Positions 12,501-53,578 of a stretch of 64,000 bases of DNA are shown in pieces. The notes below the pieces were generated by a model. The model did no database searches. It saw only the letters and a program-made list of their open reading frames with translations, and was not told where the DNA came from. Each line of letters begins with the position of its first letter. The stretch's first letter is position 1. Source of the stretch: Saccostrea echinata (taxonomy: Eukaryota); assembly GCF_033153115.1 (NCBI RefSeq), contig NW_026889758.1, positions 8,060,001-8,124,000 of the forward strand, written 5' to 3'. The position numbers and the translations under genes are program-made.

Positions 12501-14131
12501 TCTATGATCAGTCATGCCATAATTTTATTTTTTCATGCCAATTTCACATATTATAAAAAAAAAATTCAGGAAATCGATATCGCGTGTATTAAATTATTTT
12601 TTTACATTGGAGCAAGCTTAAGGTGAGAATTGAGGTCATGGCCGCAGGGTTGCAAATGCGGAAGTAGATCCGCCAGTGATTGCAGACCTCCCTGATCAAG
12701 GTAAACAGTAAACAGGTTTCCCTAAACATTGTATTGTTACCAGTGAAAACCTGAAATAAATGTACTTTTAGTCCAAGTATATACTACAGTTGTATTTTAA
12801 AATAATTTTTCCCCGATGTTCTCTTCTGCTTTACATGACACCGACACCCCCTCCCTCCCTCCTACACACTGAATGTCCTCTACTAGGTATCAATCCGTAA
12901 AATTTTTATATTTGATATCCTTTTTTAGCCCGATTAAGGAAGTATCCCCCATATATAGGGACAGAGAGTTGATAAGACAGAGATGTATATAATGTGTGTT
13001 TAAGCTATGCACTGAGAGCGTTTAGTCAGTTTCCGTATAGATAGTCGTATCGGAAGTTGGAAATCGACGAGCTCTCTGGGGTCATATCAATTACATCCCT
13101 CATGTTTACTCACCGAGGACCAAAGGATTAAACCACAAATCAGTGTTCTGTTCATTAATATTTTATATATGTTGCTTTCTTGGACGAGAATGCTTTGATG
13201 ATCTAACAGGACCCAAATAGAAGAGGGACTGAAATGGCGGCGGTAATGTTCTTCCTTTTGTTATGTTTCCATCTGACCCTTTTTGACATGTTAAATATGC
13301 TGAGTGATGCAGTGTATTTCGATGTGTAGAATATGCATGAACTAGTTAGGGCCTGTGAAGGAGACACTCTATACTTTGTATCCTCTTAAACGTTTATCTG
13401 AGATTATCATTAGCCTATGCAACATCAATCCACTGATATACTTTTTTGTGGTATATTTCTGACAAGGAAAGTTTGTAATTTTTTAAGTGTTTGTGGATAT
13501 AGAATTATCATTATATATTAGTGGTATGAACCTAGTATTACAGATCTTTATTATTGTTAAAGTTATACCTTTAAAAATTGTTTCCTGAAAAAGCCTACAC
13601 TAAAAAGTCTACTTCCAATGTTTTTTCTGAGCGGTCCAAAAAGTCGACGTTGGACCGCTGAGATACTGGACCTGTCGATGAGATACCACTATGACATTTT
13701 TTACGTCACAGTGTATGCGGATTAGCCAAGTCAGCGCAATATAAGCTTATATGTCAAAATAAAAGGTAAAGGGTGTAACAAAACATTTGTTGTCTGCATG
13801 TGTTCTTGGGCAAAATGCGTTTTGTCGACCCCTCGAACTAAATGTTTGGTTCTTGGGTGCAGCAAAACGCATGTTGCCGTCCAACTCAGTCAATAAATGT
13901 TTAATATTGCATATTCACTCATTAAAAACACTTTTAACTTGTGAATACATGGGACAAAAATATGTGAAAGGGAGGGGGGGGGGGTAAACAAAAACTTCAA
14001 ATTAAAAAACTGACAAGGAAATCAAGTCAATGGAAAATACACGTTGTAAATTGTGATTCAGTGTAAATCAATAGGACATTTTTTAGGGTAAACAATTTGT
14101 ACACAAATAGAGGAGAGGTACGCAAGGATAC

Positions 14132-14447
14132 TTGATTGATTGATTGATTGTTGTTTGACGTCCCGCTCGAGAATTTTTCACTCATATAAAGACGTCACCA
14201 TATACCGGTGAAGGGCTTCAAATTTAGACCTTTACTCGGCACTAAGGGCCATTGAGCAGTGAGATCGTGCCAATGCCTACCATAACACGGGGCCTCGGTT
14301 TTTAAGGTTTCATCCGACGGACCCGCAACTTTCACTTCAAAGTGCCGAGCGCTTTGCGAAGGAAAAGTTGCTACCTATTTTTTATCGACTTAGGTCAGTC
14401 GCGGCCATGATTCGAACACACGACCTTCCGATCACGGAGCGAGCGCT
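14132..14447 (-). mobile_element. tRNA-derived SINE
   Basis: The minus strand has a tRNA-like head with B-box GTTCGAATC (~14410) and ends in a (CAAT)n tail at 14132-14150. Confidence 0.75.
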
Positions 14448-14589
14448 TGAAGTATGAAATGTTCATATATTCTGTGGAAATTCAATTTTAATCTATAGAT
14501 GTGGAAGCCTATCGTGTAGGACTTGTATTCTGGGGGCACACAAGTCTGTAAACAATAATTTGCGAAGGGTATTGTCAGATAACTGATTT

Positions 14590-15500
14590 TCGGTACATAT
14601 AGCTAGTACGATATTCTACATATGCTAGGTAATATTCTCCATATCTCTCTCACAGGCGGGTCCAGCATTCCTTATTACAAAAGGGAACCCGGGCCTCCTG
14701 GGGTCTAAATCCACATCGTTCAAGAAATATACTCTTGCGTATCGAATCAAATGGGAGACATAAATTCCATGTGCAGGTGATAATGGTATATTGTTCACAG
14801 ACACTTGTTTCGGTTATATATTTTTTTATGATATGGATTTAACATTTTTACCGAAACAAGCGCCTGTGATATTGCTCCATAAATAAGGGGAGTTGACGAT
14901 AGAAAAGATAAATTCAAGTTTATCATAAAGGTTAGTCGAAAGTTTGCCATCAATGTCTCTCTCTAGTAAAATATCCAGATATGAAGCAGTTGTGTCAAAC
15001 TGCATGGTGTCTTTTATTCCGTATGAATGAAAATAATTATTGTTAATTGATAAAACGTCATCGATATTTTTAAATGTCGAATTGAAGACCAGTGCCAGTC
15101 TTCTTTTCATGTAGAAGTTTTTGAATGAATTCTGCTTCACAATACAAAAGCATGTCCGCTAATAATGGGGCTCAATTAGCACCCAGAAGAATTCCAACAG
15201 AAATTGTTGGAAAACCTGGTCTCCAAAGACTACATAGTTAATCTCAATGAGAAACTCGAGAATCTTTTAAATATTAAAATCAGATCTACATGTATATAGA
15301 AAACTCGTGTGTAGAATCAGGGTGGTTTTTAACAAAGTCTGCAGATGATCAAGGATAAGGTAGGAAATTTTGCGAGTTCCATTCTATTTTTTAAAAAAGA
15401 AGTGTCTATATGCATGATGTTAAAAAGCCTGGTTTTTAATTTATCGTGGGGGTGCTTGTGTAAAGTGTTGGAAAGTCAAATGTTTCGATGCTATTGAATT
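14590..15500 (-). mobile_element. Penelope-like RT fragment (degenerate)
   Basis: Minus-strand VFGDQVFQQ.., FNSTFKNIDDVLSINN, TASYLDILL, LYDK..FSIVN.PYL.SNI. Same family as 58180-59030. Confidence 0.75.
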
Positions 15501-17374
15501 TGAACACATTTAATTATATTGAAAAATTCTAAATTGGTAGAGGGCACTATTCACCGTTCTTCTACATAACTATGGTCACTCTAACATAATCTGTAAATTC
15601 TTTGTTGTCACTTAGCCTTTGGGTTGCCAATACAAAACTTTCTTTTTAGCGAGAAGAGGTCGCCAAAGCTAGCGATCAATATTGTCTTCATTTCCTTGTT
15701 TGCTCTAGGACGAAAGAGGTCCACCCGGTAGGAAATGTAACTTCCAACTCCAAAAGCACTAGTACTGGGAACCCCTTTTGTACAGTCCAACCTTAGTCCC
15801 GTCCAAGTGTCTGTTCGATCCTACAATCTAGATTGTGACAGTTCAAGTAGTCATATTGTAGCGTCTGACACATATACTAAAAATATATGCGAAAGTAAAT
15901 TTCTCTGTACGTGCAAGTTTGGATTTTAAAATTTGAAACCTTAAGTCATAGGCATAGTGCTGTGAACTTAATTAAAAATGAAGTGACTGTATGACGTAAA
16001 AATAGTAAAATATAAATTAGATGTATTTATTATTCAAATATTTGTGTAAAATTATGAAGAAATTATGATATGTAAAATGTTGAACATGATTCCAAAGCTG
16101 TATATTGCATCTTTTCTTAGTGCTACTAACAGAGCCGTGCACCGTATACTATTTGTCTTCTATATATATGCCCACTTTAGTAACGTATAACATTAATCTA
16201 AGTGAATTAAAAATAGGCAATTAAAGCAACGAACACCTTGCAACTTTGGCAAACAACGTTGATGGTGTGACCGGAAAAGGACATTAATGCGAAAGTGGTG
16301 GGCATATAATTTGCGCAAAAAAGAAGGAATACTAGAATGAAAGTGGGCATTTATACTTAGGAGTTTTTGTGCGAATTTTAATTACCGGTACCTGATTCAC
16401 AGTAAGCTAGGTATTTCGGAAGGAAAAAACGATAAAATTAGACCGGTTTAATGCATTCATGAGGAGTGTTGGACATGTATCGTCTGCCCAACCATTCATC
16501 TTTTTTTTATTATTAATAACGGATAAAACTGTTCGATTTTAAGTTTACATTGAATTTTTTCTCTCGTTTTCTTTTCATAATATAGAATACACTATTTTGA
16601 AACCATTAGAAACAACTATATAATTCCATGTAGCTACATTTATGTCATAATTTTATGATTCATTTTAATTTTATGAGGAAGCGGATCCTGGCTTTTTGTA
16701 AAGTCGATGAATTGATCATGCACGGGAAATCGTCTAGATTTAACTATAATACTTTATCTTGATGTTCTATTTTTAATTTAGCATTTTATAAAACTGAAAA
16801 AAAAAATGCTTGTTAAAGGGAAAAAAAGTTAGTCAAGCAAGTCTGGGTGTGACTCATAGTACATGTAGTAGTTGACGTAGTAATTTCTATCACTTTTATT
16901 CAAGTTAATTTTCTATAGATTATGTCAACATACAAATTAATTATTCAGCAATTAAATTTCTTTATGATAACATGCCATATAGATATTTTAGCAAAATCGG
17001 GCCCATAGCATGCATAGGAGGAAGTTTCAGTGAAGGGTGGGAGGGGGCAACCTACTAAAATGGTTTGACAAACAATTAAAAAAAAGGAAGGTCGTTAGAC
17101 ATTTTTTGAGTAGAAACACCATAAATTAACTTTGTTTTTTGTTTGCTTGTTTATTCAGGAAATGGCACATAGAACATACGTTGACACATAAAATCTAAAG
17201 AAATTAGATTTTTTTCTAGTACTTATTGAGGGGCACAACTGTGAATTATCTTTGTCTTCTATAGTAAAGTATTTGATATATTGGGGCAAAAAATACACAA
17301 CATTACAAAATATAATTTTTCTTTTAGAAGAAAATTGAGCACGTTACATCTTGTTTAGTTATGCAAACACTAAG

Positions 17375-17690
17375 GCCCCTTGAATCTTCAGTCAGATGTG
17401 CTCTACCAACTGAGCTATCGTTGTACCAACTGGGTTATCTGGATACCGGCGATCGTCTGACCACCACAATCCTCCCTTCTTCTGTTAAAGGTCTTCGCCC
17501 CCGAAGACACAAACCCAGATCCTTCCCTGGCAGGTTTCTCACCTGTCACTTGGACCAGGGCATGGCACGGGCACCAGATGTAACAGGAAAGGAGAAAAAT
17601 GCGACAGACCAGATTCGAACCCGGACCCCCTTAATCTCTAGTCATGTGCTCTACCAACTGGGCTATCTTGGTCACCGGCAGTATCTAAAC
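17375..17690 (-). repeat. tRNA-like repeat (pseudo-tRNA / SINE-type, duplicated heads)
   Basis: Two minus-strand tRNA-like heads: GATAGCTCAGTTGGTAGAGCA..CTGAAGA (17375-17420) and GATAGCCCAGTTGGTAGAGCA..GGTTCGAATC (17605-17668). Neither forms a clean full cloverleaf. Confidence 0.55.
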
Positions 17691-17899
17691 CGGATTTAAA
17701 ATCCCCGCCAGAACACCTACATTTATAATTTCCATTAAATGCGCGCGCACCCAATACAGGTGCTCCTTCCTTTTATCTGTCAACAATGTTTCATTAAATT
17801 TAACAATGTTACCCAATGTAAAGTTTACGATTTTCTGACACGAATATGAATACATGAAGAGAACAGTTTGGCTGGATTGTTTAGGTTTACTAGTTTAAG

Positions 17900-46285
<28,386 letters not shown>

Positions 46286-48256
46286 TATGTATGTAGCCTT
46301 TCGATATCCACAATCTGACTGGTGAAGGAAGACACATCTCCAGTAGGTAATGGCATGTAATGTGGAAGGTATGAATGGACTTCTTTCTAACCATGGAATT
46401 AAAAGGGCAAGCAACTCTTGGAAACTTGTTTAAGTGATATTCATGTTTTAGAAAAGTAAATGCTAGTTTAAAAAAATCTGATGATCAGTAAGCCTTTTGT
46501 AGTATTTAGTAGGAAACTTTTAAAATGACTTTATTAAATCCTGGATTAGTGACTTGAACATGACCAATACTGTCTGATCTCCGATTCTCTTCAGGATTAA
46601 AAATACATTATAAAAGACTATGCAGAATAAAACAGATGTCAATACCATGTTCATTGGCATTGTTTTAAGTGATATACATGTGATTTGGGTGTATCAAACT
46701 TTTATCGATAATATTTTTTTTTGTAGTCTGTCTGTTACATGTATAATGCTAGCTTTTCTCAGTTACATATATATCAGTTTTATTATCTTATCCACAATGT
46801 AGCAAACTTTTAATTCGAGAAAGAAGAAAATTACTTTGAAAAGATTTCTGTATTTGTAGGCAGTGTACTTGTACATATCTCAGAAATTGAAAATGAAAGT
46901 AGATTACCAGCAAGATTATAAAGCAAATATTATTATATAAAAATATCTCTTTGAACTGAGCTCAAAAACTTGAATTAGAATTTGTTTTTAATTTAAGAAT
47001 TAAACTTTGGAAAAGTTGTTCTTGTAGATACAACATTGTTCAGCTTTGAACATTGTATTGTTGATATATTTTACAAGTCTTGTTATTGTTGGAGAGGTCA
47101 TAATTGTTATTATTTGTTTTATTCTATGAAGTTTCTTGTTATCAATCAACAACTGGTGCTTGTGAGGAAATCTATTTTATATCAAGGCTAGATCCATTGT
47201 TCAACACCTCTATGCATTTTTCTCCGTCCCTCAAAATGAATTTTGAAATCACTTTTCTCGGGATAAACCAAAAGCGTATTATATTCTTAATCAAAGTAAA
47301 TGAGAATTTTATTGGAGTTTACCTCAAACTTCATAGGGAGACTTTTTTTTTACTTTTGTTCAAACATTGTGAAGTTTATTCTCAATTGTTAGTATAAAAT
47401 ATTTTAATAGAAAAAAATATATAGTAAGCAAGCAAGACAGTGTTACAGTTGTATGCTAGGATATGAACTTTTAAATTTTTTTTTTTTTTGAGTGAATGCT
47501 TTATATGATACATGAATTCCTAAGGAATAATGTCTCAAATCTCACTTGTATAATTCAAGTGAAATCCACAGGGCTATACAATGATGTATTTAAGAGCTAA
47601 AATTCAACAAAAATCAGAAATGAAACCTATTTGAAATTTTATAACTGTACATTGTAGAGAAGAAGTTAACTGCTTTAAAACAGTAAATCAATCAATAAAA
47701 AAAATTCCATTTCTAGATTTTATTTTGCTGTTAGGAAGGCAGTGTGTGCCATGCTGTACATTCCCTTGGTCAATGGCAATTTTTTTCTCTCTCAGTTTAT
47801 AATCTGTGGTACATGACATTGCATCATATATCACCATGACTTATCAACTTGTTATTCTAATATAAAGATCTGTTATTTTTTTAACAACTGATATTTTTAT
47901 ATGCATATTTTCTCATTATGATTATTCATTAAATTGCAATATTGTAGCTTTTTACATTGTTTTTATGTTATTTTTGTAAATTAACATTCAGCATTAATTT
48001 ACCAACTATATATGTACAATGCATAATTCATATTGTGCAAATGTGGAGATAATTTACAAACTGACAAACTACTTGTTTGTTTTTTAAAAAAAAAAGCTCC
48101 ATGTGTGGATCGAACCAAAGCTTATCAGTTCCTCACCATTATGGACTTGTAACATACACAACTGTGTTATAGATGCAACATGCTGAATGTGAATTTAAAA
48201 CAACGATGAAGCAGTGCATTTACAAAATGGGATTTTTTGGGGGGGGGGGGGGGTAT

Positions 48257-51128
48257 TTGTTAGGTCATCTGAGTCACTCAGGTGACCTATTGCTATCCGT
48301 TTTTGTCCGTCGGCGTGCGTCGTCCGTCGTGTGTTAACTTTTGAACATTTTTAGCTTCTTCTCCAGAACTGCTGAACCAATTTCAAGCAAATTTAGTATA
48401 TAGCATCTATGGGTGAAGGGGAACAAAAATTGTGAATTTCATGGTCCCTGCCCCCCTGGGGCCTGAGGGGTGGGGCTAAAACCACCAAAATTAATGCAAT
48501 CTTTAAAAAACTTCTTCTTTACTCCTGGACATCAAGCAGTCAAACTGTTGGCATGATTGTAATAAGCATTGAACCCTCTACCAAAATTGTGAAATTCATG
48601 GCCCCAGGGTCAGGGGCTCTGGTGCTAGGGTGGGGCTATATAGATCATATAGTGAAAGTGCATTATTTCTTTGAAAATCTTCTTCTCTGCTCCTGGGTAT
48701 CAAATAAACAAATTAAGTACATAGTTATGAAGGGCAAGAGTACCTCTTCCAAAATTGTGAATTTCATGGCCCCAGGGTCAGGGGTTCTGGTGTTAGGGCG
48801 GTGCTCTATTGATTATATAGTGAAAATGCATTAATTCTTTGAAAATCTTCTTCTCTGTTCCTGGGTATTAAATAAACTAACCAAGTATATAGTTATGATG
48901 AGCAAGAGTGCCTCTTCCAAAATTGTGAATTTCATGGCCCCAGGGTCAGGAGTTCTGGTGTTAGGGTGGGACTCTATTGATTATATAGTGAAAATGCATT
49001 AATTCTTTGAAAATCTTCTTCTCTGCTCCTGGGTATTAAATAAAGTAACTAAGTACATAGTTATGATGAGCAAGAGTGCCTCTTCCAAAATTGTGAATTT
49101 CATGGCCCCAGGGTCAGGGGTTCTGGTGTTAGGGCAGGGCTCTATTGACTATATAGTGAAAATGCATTAATTCTTTGAAAATCTTCTTCTCTGCTCCTGG
49201 GTATTAGATAAAGTAACTAAGTACATAGTTATGATGAGCAAGTGTGCCTCTTCCAAAATTGTGAATTTCATGGCCCCAGGGTCAGGGGTTCTGGTGTTAG
49301 GGCGGTGCTCTATTGATTATACAGTGAAAATGCATTAATTCTTTGAAAATCTTCTTCTCTGTTCCTGAGTATTAAATAAACTAACCAAGTATATAGTTAT
49401 GATGAGCAAGAGTGCCTCTTCCAAAATTGTGAATTTCATGGCCCCAGGATCAGTAGTTCTGGTGTTAGGGTGGGGCTCTATTGATAATATAGTGAAAATG
49501 CATTAATTCTTTGAAAATCTTCTTCTCTGCTCCTGGGTATTAAATAAACTAACCAAGTATATAGTTATGATGAGCAAGAGTGCCTCTTCCAAAATTGTGA
49601 ATTTCATGGCCCCAGGGTCAGGAGTTCTGGTGTTAGGGTGGGGTTCTATTGATTATATAGTGAAAATGCATTTATTCTTTGAAAATCTTCTTCTCTGCTT
49701 CTGGGTATTAAATAAAGTAACTAAGTACATAGTTATGATGAGCAAGAGTGCCTCTTCCAAAATTGTGAAATTCATGGCCCCAGGGTGAGGGGTTCTGGTG
49801 TTAGGGCGGGGCTCTATTGACTATATAGTGAAAATGCATTAATTCTTTGAAAATCTTCTTCTCTGCTCCTGGGTATTAAATTAAGTAACTAAGTACAAAG
49901 TTATGATGAGCAAGTGTGCCTCTTCCAAAATTGTGAATTTCATGGCCCCAGGGTCAGGGGTTCTGGTGTTAGGGTGGGGCTCTATTGATTATATAGTGAA
50001 AATACATTAATTCCTTGAAAATCTTTTCTTTTCTGCTCCTGGGTATTAAATAAACTAACTAAGAACATAGATATGATGAGCATGGCTGCCTTTTCAGGAA
50101 TTGTGAATTTCATGGCCCCAGGATCAGGGGTTCAGGTGTTAGAGTGGGGCTCTATTGATTATTTGCATTAATTCTTTGAAAATCTTCTTCTCTGTTCCTG
50201 GGTATTAAATAAACTAACTTAGTGCATAGTTATGATGAGCATGGTTGCCTCTTCCAAAATTGTGAATTTCATGGCCCCTGGGTCGGGGTGTTGGTGTCAG
50301 GGTGGGGCTCAATTGATATATATAGTGAAAATGCATTATTTCTTTGAAAATCTTCTCTCTCCTGGATATTAAATAAACTAAGTACATAGTTATGATGAGC
50401 ATGGCTGCTTCCTCAGAAATTGTGAATTTCGTGGCCCCTGGGTGAAGGGTTCTGCTGTTAGGGCGGGGCTCTATTGATTATATAGGGAAAATGCATAAAT
50501 TCTTTCAAAATCTTCTCTGCTCCTGGGTATTATTCAAATAAAGAAAGTGCATAGTTATGATAAGGAAGAATGCCTCTTCCAAAATTGTGAAAATCATGGC
50601 CCCTGGGTCAGGGTTCTGGTGAAGGGGGGGGGGGGGGCTCTATTGATTTTATAGTGAAAATGCATAATTTCTTTCAAAATATTTTTTCTACTACTGGTAA
50701 TAAAGCAAAGTTCTTCTTCCAGAATTGTGAGTTCATGGCTCCTGGGTAAGATGTTCTGGTGTGGGGGGGGGGGGGGGCTTTTATTTATTTAATTATATAG
50801 TGAACATGCATTTTTTTGAAAATCTTCTATGCTTCTGGGCATATTCGAGGCAAACAGAGTAAAAGTTTTAGTATGCAAGGGTATTTTTATCAGAGACCAA
50901 TGTGAGAAGTAGTAATTTGGGATTAAAAATAGACATTTTGTTAATAGTCTGCATGGTAATAGTGTTAAATGGGGGACAGATAGATGCTATACCAATTATT
51001 CTGTTGATGCTTATCATACTATTTTTCTTGCTTTTTGGCAACATTTAAAGCTTCATTTATCAGTTTATGGATCCTCTAAATTGTTATATTGTACTCAGGT
51101 GACCGTTAAGGCCATTGGGCCTCTTGTT
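48257..51128. mobile_element. Helitron/Helentron-type non-autonomous element carrying a 168-bp satellite array (~14 monomers)
   Basis: 5' hairpin TAGGTCATCTGAGTCACTCAGGTGACCTA plus (CGTC)n. Monomer phase at 48661, 48829, 48997, 49165, 49333, 49501, 49669, 49837, 50005 and onward. 3' end ACTCAGGTGACC..GGCCATTGGGCC.TCTTGTT. Confidence 0.88.
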
Positions 51129-51499
51129 ATTATAGTTCCTGGGTCTTCTCTCCATTAAAAAAAGACTGCTCATTTCTTTGAGTTAAAATGCACACAAAAT
51201 CGTGGAGAGATGACTTTGAAATTGAAAATTTTAGAAAAATGTGTTTAAAATTGTACCATTTTGTGCCAAATGACTCCTCTAGCAATATTTCATGGCATAT
51301 TTTTTTTTAGCAAACCAAAATGCAAAAAAAAACGGGAAAATATTTCCCTTTCCCTTTCCTATATAATAGAATTCCGATATTTCAGTAGAATTCGAGAATA
51401 TCGTTTGACGGATCAATGAAATGTTCACTTTTTCAAATGCAACAAGATTCCTGCCGAATCTAATCAAATGCGCCCTCATCCTTTGCTGCTCGGTTTTCA

Positions 51500-52065
51500 A
51501 TTTTTGTCCCCCACGAGGGGACATTAAATTTCATTCGTCTGTCAGTCTGTCACAAAAACTTTTACCTTGGTGATAACTTTTGAATGAGAAGAGAGAGGGC
51601 TTTCATATTTCACATGTACATTACCTGTGAGAAGACCTTTCCAAATATACTATGATTTTTGTCCCTGTGACCTTGAAGTTTGAACTACTTTTCAAAAATT
51701 TAAACATTACTTTAAATTGGTCATAACTTTTGAAAGAAAAAAGATAGGGCTTTCATGTTAAATATGTATATTACCTGTGACAAGGCCTTTCTAAATATAC
51801 TATGAATTTTGACCCTGTAACCTTGACCTTGAATTTGACCTACTTTTCAAAATGTCATCTTTTTGACATGTGTATTATCTGTGACAAGATGTCTCCGAGC
51901 ATATTATGATTTTTGACCCCTTGACCTTGATGTTTGACCTAATTTTCAAAAAATGTTTAACTTTGGTAATTACTTTTGAATGACATATGATAGGGCGTTC
52001 ATATTTTACACAATATGCCATAAACAATGGCATCCCATCAAAGCGGGGGACCACATTTCTTTGAA
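51500..52065. mobile_element. Second Helitron-like non-autonomous element with short internal repeats
   Basis: 5' hairpin TGTCCCCC..GGGGACA, a (GTCT)n tract and ~150-bp repeats containing TGACCTTGA. Confidence 0.55.
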
Positions 52066-52479
52066 TTTGTTTGCCTGGATACATTTTTAGATTTGACTCG
52101 AGACATTTGTAGCCAGTCGGTCGGGAGAGGGCAACCAACCAGTTTTTTTTTTTAAAGATGGTCTTATCTTCATCTTTTTTAAAAAGCCCACGAGAACACG
52201 TATCCACTGAAAACGATACGGTCAATAAATAACAGCGCTAGCAGTTTTACTTCACTACAATATGAAATTAAACTTTTGCAAATCAATAGGACAAAGAAGG
52301 TTATTTTATCCTTTCTAAAAATAAAGCTAAATTTTGACTGCGTTGCACCGAGAGCAAAAAAATGATTTGAAACAATTCTGGACCTCTGTGAAATACGTCT
52401 GGTCTGTACTCTGGTAAAGTGCAGTTTACATAATTGAGAGTATTGAGGTCTTAAGAGAAGTCTGAGACAGTAGATCTAT

Positions 52480-53240
52480 ACAAATTCCTTCTACTGAGCC
52501 CCTCGCCAAGCTCCTTGAACATGTTCTCAATTATAATAAATTATATCATCATGTTTAATGGAGAACATTACCTGCAAGTCAATGGCAAAGCTCTGGGCAC
52601 TTAAATGACCCCGTCTTCTGCCAATATTTTCATGGGCAGACTTGAACGTAACTTGTTACTTCAGGCACCGTTTAGGCCCCTGATGTGGTTATGTTTCATT
52701 GATTATATAGATGAAATGGATGGTGTCCCGCGAGACACCCGAGGCATTTATTTCGTTTGCCATCTTCCTTCCACCGATCAATTACTAGTAAATTCGCTGT
52801 AGAAATATCCAATTCTAAAAAGATTTTCTTGGAACAACATCTCGAGGATCCACTGATTGTTGGCAAAGCTGAGCTCGGTCTTTACACGAAACCCACTTAT
52901 TCCTACATGTATCTCATGCCGACAAGCTGACATCCCCCCACACACATTCAAGGGTGTGCTTAAGGGTCTAGCCTCCAGAATCCACCGCATCTGTTCATCC
53001 TCTGCTGCTTTTTTTTAGGAAGAGAGCAATCTACTATAGTCCCTCTCATCCAAGAGAGGCTACGAAGCCCACACCGTACAAACCGCTATTAATGAAATGG
53101 CAGGGATCGGCAGACAAACCCTTATGCAATACAAAGAGAAATCAATTATAGCAGCAGGGTTCCACTGGTAACCACATACCATCCCGTTCTTAAGAACCTT
53201 AACGGTTTTTTTTTAAAAAAGAACTTGCCAATTCTTCATT
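52480..53240 (+). mobile_element. Degenerate Penelope-type RT fragment (different family)
   Basis: [39 protein letters not shown] and PLVTTYHP-like segments with stops and frameshifts. Confidence 0.7.
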
Positions 53241-53578
53241 AAAAAGCCATTATAGAAATAATTATTTCAACAGCGGCCGTGATATTTCAGTAGTGATTGC
53301 AAAACCCCAGCAATGTGAGATGTATGTTTTTAACCTAGTATAACATAATTTGTAAATTACAAATAAAGCTAACTAGAAAGTATTTTGAGTTACTTTATTT
53401 GTATTACGTAAAAGATACAAAAATGGGTATAATATTCATGTAACTCCTACATTGGTATTTATTTTCCTTTCCACCAGTACACATGCTAGGTTCTAAGAAT
53501 AATATGAATCCATTTATTAATTGCTTTATTGAATGTAATGTTGATCTTTATAGCACATAAGTCTGTCTCACAGTGACG

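Noticed and set aside
17375-17690. Functional tRNA genes (Phe-like anticodon loop)
   Set aside because: Truncated or indel-containing arms and no complete acceptor stem; treated as a tRNA-derived repeat.
48553-50402. ORFs MIVISIEP.., MMSKSASS.., MLIITMY..
   Set aside because: Chance translations of the 168-bp satellite monomers.
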